The notes beneath the pieces are model-generated. The model was not told the origin of the DNA. It saw only the letters and a list, made by a program, of their open reading frames with translations, and searched no databases. Of a stretch of DNA of 64,000 nt, positions 52,492 to 64,000 are shown in pieces (within the stretch, counting starts at the first letter, position 1; each line of letters starts with the position of its first letter). The DNA comes from Catajapyx aquilonaris (lineage: Eukaryota). Made by a program: the position numbers and the translations under genes. The DNA is taken from assembly GCA_000934665.2 (NCBI GenBank), contig JYFJ02001401.1, forward strand, positions 1 through 64,000, written 5' to 3'.

Positions 52492-55400
52492 AGTGTTGGC
52501 AATATTTGCACTACTCTATAATATGAGTTATGTCCAGTTGGTATTGCTTAGAATTCTCAACATTATGGTGATAATTAAAACTTTATGACCGACCCTCGTA
52601 CTTTTCGTTGCCTCATCACATTCGCATGCACTCTAACTACTTTCCTGAACTACCATACCAATCTATCGCACATGTTCCAGTAGATGCGTGTGATAGTGTA
52701 CTATGCCAATAGATTTTGTTGAAAATTTTAATTTTGTTCATGCAGGAAGTGAGCTATGTACTTTTTCTTAATTTCACTAGATGGACCATCAGTCCAAACG
52801 ATTATTATTTTTGATTTGTATTCAGGTTGAAATGAGAGATAGGTGACAAATTTTATTACTGTCACATACGTGATCACGTAACTGTCAAACTAATTATGTA
52901 AAAAATCTGTCAGTTTTTTTCCAGATGATATAGCCAAACTAACTTTGTAATGGTGATAAGAAAACATTTGCTGCATTAATGAGCCGCCCACAACAACAAT
53001 ATATTGCAAGTTTATATCATGTATGTGACATTGAGATTTTATTTATTCCATGGAAGCTGAATAACATGCAGGAATGAGATATAATGATAAATTTTGAAGT
53101 GTTATGTACTAGTACATATGTGTTAAAATTGGGTTGCTATATTAGAAATATTTTTAAATAATCGCTAAGGATGTAATTAATTCTCAAAAAGACAATACTG
53201 AATACACGAAAATGAACATTCCTTTACATACTACACTTCAAATAGTCAATTATAGTCATAGATATTTTTTTGACACAATATAAATAATACCACTGGAAAG
53301 AGTACATGAATTAATAATGGTAACGCAATTTTGATTTAACAACTTTAACAAATGAGCCATGGTTTCAAATTCCATGGAACGACCCTATATTTTATTTTTG
53401 GGGCAGTTTTAACTTTTGGAACTTTGTCGGAGTGTGTTTTATTTTATAAAAATGATCATTAGATAAACATGCGCAGGGTAGAACTCCTCCGAGTACTTTT
53501 TAAATTTCGTTCAGAGGTGGAAATATCGCAAGGCTGGATATTTCTGCACATTACGGGCATTAGTTTTTAAATATTGAAATTTTTAAAGTCAGAAGTCTGG
53601 AAGGATGAACACCCCTACCTTAGTACTGTGTAAGCCACCAGACAATCCTCGAACCGTATACTAAAATTAAATCCGACTGAAGCCCATAGTTGCCTCATGT
53701 ATAGACTAATAGTGGAAGTACAGAAGATCATATTTATTTCTTGCGACATTATCGGAAAAATTGCATTCAGCTTAAGTAAATGATGGGACAAATATCTCAA
53801 ATGCCTTTGATATATCACCACTTCGATCTAGCGTCATTAATAACTATGGATTGTTATATCTGTAGTATCACATTGGAAAGAAATATTAAGATACGGTACT
53901 TACATTGTACATTGTGCGAGTTATTAATTCTCGAGAGTGAAGGAACTAGTTTCTCCCGTTTTACGAGTTGGAGAAAGGACGTCCTAACATAATACCAGTC
54001 ATGCTGTTTGCATAAAGGTCATAAACCGTAAAGTTGACAAGAGAATCCCATTAGCACTTTGGCCTGCCTGCAAACTCCCGAATGGTATATAGCCTTGTAC
54101 TGGGAAGAATATGGAAGGTATTTATCTTAGAATTCCATATGGCATGAAAGGACCATTGTTCCAAAAATTAACACTTGAAATTTATTGTATTTTTTTTTTT
54201 AAGAATGTAAGTTTGCCTGTGAAAGTGCGATTTCTGCTGTATACTATCGGATTCTGCTCGTCACGATGTTGCTACGACTCGGCTGTATTGCATCGGATTC
54301 GCGTGTGCGAGACGACGTGAAATATCCATTTGTGAATCTGGGAAATTCCATCGCAGGCGGTGATAGACACGCTTCTATTAGCACAAGAGCTTCGGTACGT
54401 GTGAGATTCGTACCACATCTGGCCTCGCATGGATGAGCCATATTTGCGGAAACGATGCTGAGCACCAGGCGTCAGGGAGCTTTTATAAATTGGCAACCAG
54501 TGTCAATGGAATCTTCACTCTATATAGCTCATCCTCGACGTTCAATCTGGGAAATTGGAGTTCCTAGGAAGTGAGGTGGCGGACGGACTTGATGTATGTA
54601 GAATGGGCGACGGGGAAACGGGAGGCTCTTTATTTCATCCACAGGGTTTTGAGGATGATGGCGGCGGAAGCACCTTGGAAGCAGAGTCTCACCACCCTAT
54701 CGGAAAGGCCTGTTTGGCACCGGAAATTAGGATTGCCGCCTGCATTACTCGTGTCGTGAATGGCTCATCACTGTCAAGCTACTTCTTCCCACAGGGATCG
54801 TGATGGGGGCTGACACGCCGAAATGGACTAAGGCGGAGAAAAATTCAAGTTTGGCCTAAGAGGGACGTTTCATCTCTGTTGACTTACAGTGCTAACGTTA
54901 TAGGCTCTGGAACGGCGCCTGTATGGATAAGGCCGTAATGGATGTTCATTTCGGTGCATATTACGGCTAACTTGGTTATAGGTGGCTCGCTGCACACCTG
55001 CAAAGCGGCTTTGATATGATAGTCATATAACTGGAGGGGGCGGTACAGTCTATAAGTGGCAGTGCCAACTGGGGAGCGATGTAAGACGACAGGCTCTCTC
55101 AGATGCCGGACGCCTCGCTAGGTTGACAAACGGCCGTACTTTGCGGGAATGACGATTTCATGGAGATCAGGTCTGCTGAAATATTGCCTAAATTTACACC
55201 CTTCTTTGCCCGGGTCATTATGGGCGTAGCCAGATATTTGGAATGAAGAAGGTATATTTTCTGTTGAGAAGGTCATAGACCTGGCTTTTCACCCTCGTAT
55301 TACATTCGGGACTATCGAGCAACTGACATTAGGTATGACAATGATCTAACATACAACTGCTCGTAAAAAGAGTTAACGAGCTGTCAATTTTATAGGGTAG

Positions 55401-58400
55401 ATATTCCCAGCATGTGGGAACATGGCTATGATCACTATAGTTAGCAAGACTCGAAACGTCAACGTGCACTGTGATGCTTATAACCTGCCTATAACTTTCT
55501 AGTTGACTAGGCATGGCGAGACAGATTTTCAGGACAATTACTCATTAATTTTAATCGCCGATAATTATCCGATCCGGCCTGCAAAATTTGACCTGCACAT
55601 AACAGCTCTCTATCAAGTGTCTTTTAAACTAGCAATTAATGATCGGCTTGTACCATGCAGTATGCAATTCACCAGCTATGGCCATAGACACCAGACAGGG
55701 TGATTGGCACATGCTCTCCCTGTGTACTTGCATTTTAAAAACTGGCAGTCAGTGAGGTCTGCTTGTTTGGTAATAATTACTGTAATGTGCATCGGATATT
55801 GCAAATATTTTTTATACCAAACTTTTGCCAAGTTATGTGTTTCTGAATGATCTCGAATTTATGACTTTCCGAGGGCTGTATTGACAATGTATTACCGTTT
55901 GGTGCTTCGACATCCAGTTTATACCATAGTTTATAGAAACAAATTCCTCCCATCTCTTCCGACCGAGACCTTTTAGTCTTCCGGGACGATGTCCTAATAA
56001 TTACCCAAACTCTGGGACCGCTTGGGCTCAATGCCGCCGCCTATTTCCGCCGAATATTTCACACCCTATGGACAGGCTCCTGCAGGGAGGAAAGCCATAA
56101 TGGAATTTGGCCCTCCCTCCTGAAAGTTGCTACGCGATAGCTGTTTGCTTTTGGAAGCCTCATTTTTTTCTTTTTTTTTTTTTGGCCCTCCATGGCTTTC
56201 ATTTCCCCAGGTCTTTCCCTGGTAATAATGGCAAGTTTGGGCAGGATTCGTCCCTGAACTCCCCAAGTCGCATCGCTTTTCTTCGCAGGGAATATGTCTG
56301 GGAGCGGGTCTAATTCCTGCATGAAGCTTGTTTGCAGGCATCCTCGGGATGCTGCCACGCTGTTTTAGCAGCACTGTAAATAAGGAGGAGGCGGTGTTTG
56401 CTCAAACTCCCGCGGGCTGCAAAGCTTGGAATGGCCTCATTCCCATCACGACTTTACTCCTGATGCTGCTTTACGCCCTGGAGCGGGCCGCGCCAGGAGT
56501 TTTCTTTCCGCCGAAAAAGGTAGCTGTTGTCGTCACTGCCGAAATGTCAAGGCGGCCTAAGACCAGGCTTTGAAGGATATACCCTGCAGGGAAAACGGGG
56601 AACGCGGAGGTTTCAAAATGCAGCACTGGAATGAAACTGTAATTATGGTCGGGGCCGGAGAGAGGGGGCTTTAATGCCATTGTGGGGCCGATTCCTTCAG
56701 GGGCATTTCCTTGCCGAGTTTGTAGGCCGAAAATGGAGCTTGCGAGTTATGTGACCAGCCAGTTTTTGGACACTGCAGCCTGAAGCAATTTAATGTGTGC
56801 TTTGTGCATCCAGCAAGGAAGTCCTGTAATGATTCCTTCCTCTGGAAGTCTAGATTGAAGACGCTTTCTCTAAAGACCTGTTGGGAAATTGTGGCGAGAC
56901 TGTGGCCAAATGAAATGAGCCTGATTCGCCTGTAAACATCCCAGGTGCCACGTCTCCCGTCTCACTAGCGACCCTCTGGCGGAGGTGGTGCGAATGTGGG
57001 CAACCAGCGGGTGACGCACTTGGCTCTCTCGTTTGTTTTTACCACCTGTGGTGTCGGGTGTTCCCAAAATTGCCTCCGAGGTTGTTACTCCACCAATCCG
57101 AGACACAGACGGAGCGAAGTTCTTGTTACTGAAGCAAAACTTTGAAAAAAATTCTGGGCTTGAAGCGGCCCCAGTTTCCTCTCCGGGGAGCCGTGGATTC
57201 ATTATCATAATTTTCCTCAGACGCACTCTCGGTGATTTGGTGGTAGTCGTTGCGGAAACAGGCCTTTAGAATTCGAGGACCACTGCCAAACATTTCTCTA
57301 TGCCGACTGTGGAGGGGAGGAGGGAGAAGGAGAAGGAGAGAAAGAACTTTGGCAGTGTGGGGGGGAAGGGAGGGAGGAAAAAAAAGTTGGTGGGTAGAGA
57401 GAATCGATTTGCCGAAAGACTTCTAACAGGAGTAATTATCAAAGGTTTTTCGCGTACTCTGAATCAACCGCGGTTTTGTAATGATGAATGTTCTCGCTGG
57501 AGTGTGCTGGTAGCAGAATAACAAGTTTTCGTTTGATCTGCTGTAAGTCACGGTTGCGTAATAACATGAATTGACAGTAGCAATTCATATTTCCTGTGAT
57601 GTTGCATTTTCAGATGGCTAAAAATAATCGTCATTTGCCTCTTTTGTTCATGGGATATAGGTTGTGTTAGGTTGTACGCATATTGGGCGATCCGAGGTAC
57701 GATATTGGGGTTCATATTGCCCGAACATTTGACACATATTGTAAATATAAAAAAGCGACATTGAACAGAGTAACATTTCGAAGAATTCATTCGAGTTAGG
57801 TCAGGCCAAATAAGCCCATACCATAGGCCACGCCAGATCCGATTATTTTCTTGAGTGCAGATACTCCCAACACTGGTTCTTATTTCTTGCCTGGCGCCTG
57901 CTGCAGTTGAAGGAGGCCTGCCTTCTAGCCACCCCAGCAGCCATAAATGAATGCGCAGCTTTTGAAATAAAACATAAGCCTGGATCCCATGGAGCCATTC
58001 GTGTTTCTGGCGGTTGTAGTAATGGACGCTAGAATTCACGTGCTGACGAATGTATACACTTGGCGGTCATTTTGTACATCGCTTAGGCGAGGAATTTACC
58101 CACTTGTTACATATGGTCTGCATGAACTCTCTGAACTATTTCGAGCAATGATTTTATGTAAATAAACTTGAGTTGTCACAGTCACAGTGGGAGATGAAAT
58201 TTTTGCTGAAAATAGCTTGTGTCTAATCGGGAGCATACGTTGTATGATACATAATTTTCTATGCTGCTTCTGCACTTTTCGATCAACTCCATGACAACAT
58301 AATCATGGGGCTGTTTTGATCGCGACGACCTAATGGAAATCTGGGGGGGTTATAAAAATTTGTTGTTTGTAGTAACGAATCGCTATCAACTGAGATGACT

Positions 58401-61400
58401 TCATTAAGGTGTGTACGGCCCCGGCTCTAGTTACCGTGTTTGGGAGTTTGGGGGGGAGGGGGGGGGGGAATAAAAAGTGATGATGAGAGAGCTACCCCTC
58501 CGCCTCTGTTCCGGCTATGAAAATGTAGATGAAAGTTGCACGATATTGGATCGAGCTGTAACCCAGCTGCATATATATGCTGCTGTTGGAGGGAAAAGTT
58601 TCGGGTTTCATTGCGCCAATCCCGAGGCAGATTAAATAGCCGAAATGCTCCGCAGATGGACGGGGATCCAGGGTTGTTATTATCCCCGGAAGGCAAAGGA
58701 GTTCAATTTTGTTGGAGCTTGGACAGCAGCAGCTGGAGATACATAGATAGATAGAGCCCCCGTGGTCCTCCATATTCGATTTTTTATTATTATTATTTTT
58801 TTGTCGGAGGAAAAATTTCCCAAGACGCTCGTTATGTACCCGATTGGGAAATGCGGTCCGGGTGATGATCGTCAGAGTGTATTGGCCAGCTGGGGTTCCT
58901 CAGGACTCTTTTTGTCATTTCCGGAGTTGACATGGAAGGGGGCAAGATTCCCCTGGTGCTGCATACAAGATCCGTCGAATTATAGATCACATAATGGAAA
59001 GCAATAATCGATCTCTATTATCCATCGCACGAGAGATGGCCAGCGGGACATTCCGGCCACTGACCGAGTCCAGGGGCATCTAATTTTTCTTGCACTTTTG
59101 CTGGCGTGACCTGCCATCGAAAAGTCTGCGGGAGACTTCACTATTAAGAGCCGGTTGTTGAATAATGGGCCAGTTAAGCTCCATAGGAAAACACTCCACT
59201 TAAACTACACTCTAAATCATGTACCGATTTATTTGGGTATGGTATTTTGTGATCCACCTACAGTCTGTACTGCCTTGTAGACGGTATTTGAATTCCAGGT
59301 CGGTACATCGTGATGTACCATTTTCAAGTCAGTACATTTAAACTATGGGCTGTCTACAAGTCAGTACTGTATAGAAGTTATTTGTTGATCACAAATTACC
59401 ATATCCGGAATGGTACGTGAATTCCTGTGTAAGCTTTTATATCAAAGAACCGCATTATCACCCAGAGTAGATGTTTCAACTAAAGAGAAGCAACAATGGC
59501 AACAGGTGACAACTGGTTGCTGGCGTGAACAATCCATCTTCCCCCGAACCCATTTTTGGACCGTGGACAATTTGGCGACACGGCATGATCCCAGTTCAGA
59601 GCCCTCTTAATAAGCGACCTTTCAGATGGGCGGAGCTTTGCCGCAGTTCCTCTTCTGTCGTGCAACGAGTAATAGTAGCATTTACCAGCACCATTATACC
59701 ATCCACTCCTGATGGCGTCTAGTGTCGCCCCTGTTCACTAATTGGGCCCATGGTATCGATCCCCGACCTATCGCTGTAATTCAGACCCTCTCCTGGGTAT
59801 TAGGTGTGTGGGGGGGAGGGTCCTTTTCAACTGACGAGTTCTGACTTTCCTCTCCCTCCCCCAAATTCCGCCTCACCAACGATGCCAATTGAGCCGTGAC
59901 ATTTTATTGATAGTAAGCCTCTTCCTCGTTAATGGCGGGTGGGGGAATCCAGCGTGCCGGAGCAGTTTCCCCCCCTCTCAAAAAGGGTCCGGGAAATAAT
60001 CTGGATTGGCGAGCAGTGTTTCCCTGGTGATTTGCATGATGAAGAATGGGGGGGGGAGGGGGTTGTTGTCGTCAGCAGGAAGTGTATAGCAGAGACGAGG
60101 TGCTATGGTGCGTGTTATAGGGTGGCATTTGGAAATTCAAACGGGTCGACTAATTATGGGCAGTTAATTTTAATTGCTGTTTGGGATTTCATTTGGAACC
60201 AATAACCGGGAGTGGCCGGGCAGTTTGTCTTTATAATGAAAGCGAGGTGCGGAAATAATGCGCATCCATTGCAATCAATGTGCACTTTTGTCAGGCGGGA
60301 GCGGACCTGGAAATTTCGGTGAGCGTACTGTCACTGCCCGGTTTTTAGCTCACAAAGGTCGAGCTTAACCCCCATGTGCATGTTCCGCTGACACCAAATG
60401 GCCGACACCCAATTCCTGAGCAATAATGCCAGGAGATGTAAATTTTGTTCCATCATTGTTTACACTGGGCGATGCGAGAAGAATCTGAAAAATGCAGTGC
60501 AGCTCTTACGCAATATTCGAACTACATAATGTGTGGCATCACTATATAGAAAGCCACATCCAGCTTGAGTAATGGCTCAGAATTATTCGAATTTTTGTAC
60601 TTTTTTTCACTTCATGTGCGCTGGACGTCAGATGCAGCTGAAGATCTGAGAGCGTTTAACTTGGAAGAATATCCCTCTGGGGGTAATTACAACTCTGACA
60701 CTTCCGTCTAACTTGACCCGACGTAAAGAAATGGTGCCACCGTACATTTTTATGGCGCGCAATATATTTTCACTTCTACTCTTTTCGTCCGTTATTTTAT
60801 TTTTTTTCTGCCACAAACTGCCGTGATAAATAACTCCAACTGGCTGCCTGTCCAGATAGGGTTAGTTGGTCTGGGGCTATTATTTAGCTGGAGCTTCCAT
60901 TGCGGGCAGGGATAACATCTCCGCAAGGCAATATCCAAGACTTGCGACAGCAAACTGCGCCGTCGTCACAGCGTGAATTCTTTTAATTGGAGGACTGCCT
61001 GCTTTTGTCGCATTGGGGGCTGTGGACCAGCTGTCTGACCGAGGACTCACTAGGACTATAACAGTTATAGCCTCCGGACTTATACAGTGCATGTACTGTA
61101 ACCAGACGCTGTTACAACATAGTCATAGCGTGGAGAGAAAAATTATATTAAAAGGTAATTAAAGCGAGTGGAGGGAGAAGGACACATTTTGTTAAAGAGC
61201 AGATGATTACAGTGGCTCGTTCTCGAGTTGAGGCCTTTTTTCAAGCACTACTTGAAGGCATTTGAATATATTTATTGCATCAGGAAATAGATGTCGTGGT
61301 AGTTCATTAATTAACTATGTTAGAAGACGGAAATGGTAGCTGAAGACGTAAAAGAGCAGCATTAATTGAAGTGTACTTGAACCTTAAGTTTCAGGCCAGT

Positions 61401-64000
61401 TATATGAGCTGACGGTATATTTACTGAAAAAAAACATTATTGGGCCACTGCTATTTGTGCATCAACAGTTACAACCAAAATATAAATTCAGGTTTGAGTG
61501 ACACATGTGCCTCCTCTCATCACGGTCATAATAACAGCATTTTCAAAATTGAATTTTATCTGTGATTGTAACTTGCTTATAGTAATGGCAACATATGTGA
61601 TGTTATGAAACCCTCTAAAACATGATATGGATGACTGACGATCATATAATTCGGTTGTTCGATTGCTCATTGCATCCCTGCTTAGTAATCTCCAATTCCA
61701 CAGCAGGAGTAGTTCATTGTTTCGTGATTACTTTAAAATGCTGGCAGCTGTTGCGCAGTATGCTGTACTTGCACTACAGTTGGTTAATTGAAGGCTTCGG
61801 GCATATGAGCTAATTAATGTTGGGGGCTTGTTTAATTGTTAGCTGATACCTGTTCAAACAGCGAATTATTTTGGTTTCAGTTCATTCACTGCTGGCAACC
61901 AAACGATACCCAGCTCGGCATATACTCGACAAAAACAAGGATCAGTTGATGTATTTTCGATGTATAAAATTAGGCGACGCACCTGCGTCCAGGTCTCGGG
62001 TGTAATTAAATCGGACAAGAGAGCGTGACGAACGACACTTTGATATTCGATCATCGGCAGGCCGTAAAATACGACCGCTGTTCTGGTTTCAATTTGTTCC
62101 CGAGAGTTTTCGTCCCCCACGAGAGCGACAAAAAAACCCTTCAACCACTCATCATCACATTCCACTCCGACTATCGATGCCTAAAGTCCGCAGCAAAACC
62201 CGGTATGCGGCTATTTATCAACACAACAAGGGCAACTGTGGCCACTATTGGATTGGATGCAAACGGCTCCCGGTCATTAAAAAAAGAGTGACTGGCAAGC
62301 TTAATGGTCGGATGACGTACCTGTTATGATTGGATGGGTGTCTAGTGCCATCTTTGTGGCAGGCCGAATGGCATTTCAGTATAACCAGTGTTGAAACTGC
62401 TGCCATATTGGCGGGGGCCGGCCAATTATGATTATCGGTCATTATCCACGCGATTACTGACACGGTGCGTGATGGAATAGTGAGATCAGATTGGTAAGTT
62501 GTAACAACCGTGACAAAAATGAACCGGCGCGACTTATAATTACTTTCTGACACTACTCCTCTGATGGCTGTACTTTTTCAGAGCGTGTACATAATGCATT
62601 AGGTTGGGAGACTGAGGCTGGGCCTTCGCGATTAAACTGGTTGCAGGAAATGGAGCACATGGGAGCCCATTAAAGGATTTCGGAACGCTTATTAGGCCTG
62701 GTGTTATGATGCCGTAAAGATCGCGACATTTGCGGCGATTTGGCGCGTTTGCTGGGGCTCTTAGCCTGAAGGCCCGTACATTGCGCACGGGTTTTCAGGA
62801 CAGTGCGTTTTAGTCGTCTCGATCAAACCGGATTTGTTGCGAGGCTGTAAAGACCCGCCAAAAGGCATCCAGCGCCTATTTACAGCATGTATTCCCTGAA
62901 ATGTCACTTTGAACAGCCTGGCTTTAATTTGCGCCGTAATTACGGCGGACCTAGCCCGTATGGTCACTAAAGTCGGATTGCTAGCAGTTGGGACTAGTTT
63001 AACCGCTCGGGCAGAACTTTGAGAAGGGGAAAGTCTGGAGAGACCCACCCTGTTTGGAGAACCCACTTAAAAGTTGACAAGTCCCTGACAGCACGAGAGG
63101 GAAAGCTTCTTCTCAAAATTGTCTCCAAGACTTGAGGACATCTTGACTGCGAATGAGTTTCACTGAAAGGCAGCGGATGGGAAAACCCGACTTTTTTGAC
63201 ATCCTTGAGTGACTATCTTGACCTGCTGGAAAAAACTTGGGACACTCTTGTCCGTACTTGATGTACAGTACACCACTTGCCTGCCAAGAATATAGGTTTG
63301 GCTGGAAGGAGCAACCTGACCCAGTACCTTATTAAAAAATCAATGACAGCATTAATTCTGCACACTCGTTCTTTTGACCTCCAATATTGGAGCACAGCCT
63401 TAAGCATCGCACGTTTTATATGGGCTCCACTCCAGGTGTTGATTAGGTTGGACCATTAAAGTGGTATAGTGTTTCATCCTGGAAGTTGGGCCTTCCCGCA
63501 ACGCAAGAGAGGCTTGCAGGATTGCTCTGAAGTGTTAGGATAAACGTCAGTTTCGTATTTCATGCAGCAAGAGGCATATGCCTACTGACTAGTGATATAA
63601 ACAATGGATATAAAATTGATAAAAAGGTTGATGAAGATATTGCTTGAGGCGTATTTTAACATAAAATATCACATTAGTTAATTGAGATGGTTAATATTCA
63701 CGGTGTTTGCTTTCATACCGGAATGTTTGCGAAAATGTGGAATTGATGAACATGACAATCTTGTTTACATTGGATTCCAATAACAACGCGTGTAATAACT
63801 AAAGTTGAACCGATTTACAAGCTTTTGTTTGTTGTTTACAAGGGGATAATCGAGCGATTTTGTGTCGTACGATCTCGGCCATCATTTATGTAATGTTTTT
63901 CGCTAGATATTAACAGCTGTGTTGTTGAGTAAGTGCATTCGCTCTGATGTATTTGCTAAAACTGAACGGTTATGTACCCATTTCAGTCTTATTGTGATGA

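Larger units (their letters stand above)
51490..53030. mobile_element. Old AT-rich element with repeated subterminal-like motif ATCACGTANRTGACA, carrying two nested MITEs; boundaries approximate
   Basis: Motif copies at 51490, 51669 and 51851 (direct, ~180-bp spacing), 52860 (inverted), and 52873 and 53016 (degenerate). Also an inverted pair AAAAGTACGA (~51642) / TCGTACTTTT (~52597). Confidence 0.45.

Overview
This is eukaryotic, almost entirely non-coding DNA. It looks like an invertebrate animal (inference: CpG is not visibly depleted and splice signals are metazoan-like). I see no prokaryotic genes, operons, CRISPR arrays, rRNA, intact tRNA or transposase/RT ORFs, and nearly all ORF-track entries look like chance ORFs. 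The window reads best as the interior of one very large + strand gene. It holds one convincing coding exon (39267-39617; two in-frame Kozak ATGs; phase-0 GTATGT donor; protein not recognised). It also holds two textbook recursive-splicing (ratchet point) motifs, branch point + pyrimidine tract + TCACAG|GTAAG, at 19733/19734 and 42120/42121, each followed 44-57 nt later by a cryptic donor. Other features are several short MITEs, degenerate tRNA-derived SINE heads, an old element with repeated ATCACGTANRTGACA motifs hosting two nested MITEs, promoter-like motif clusters and microsatellites. All calls were made by eye, with no database search.
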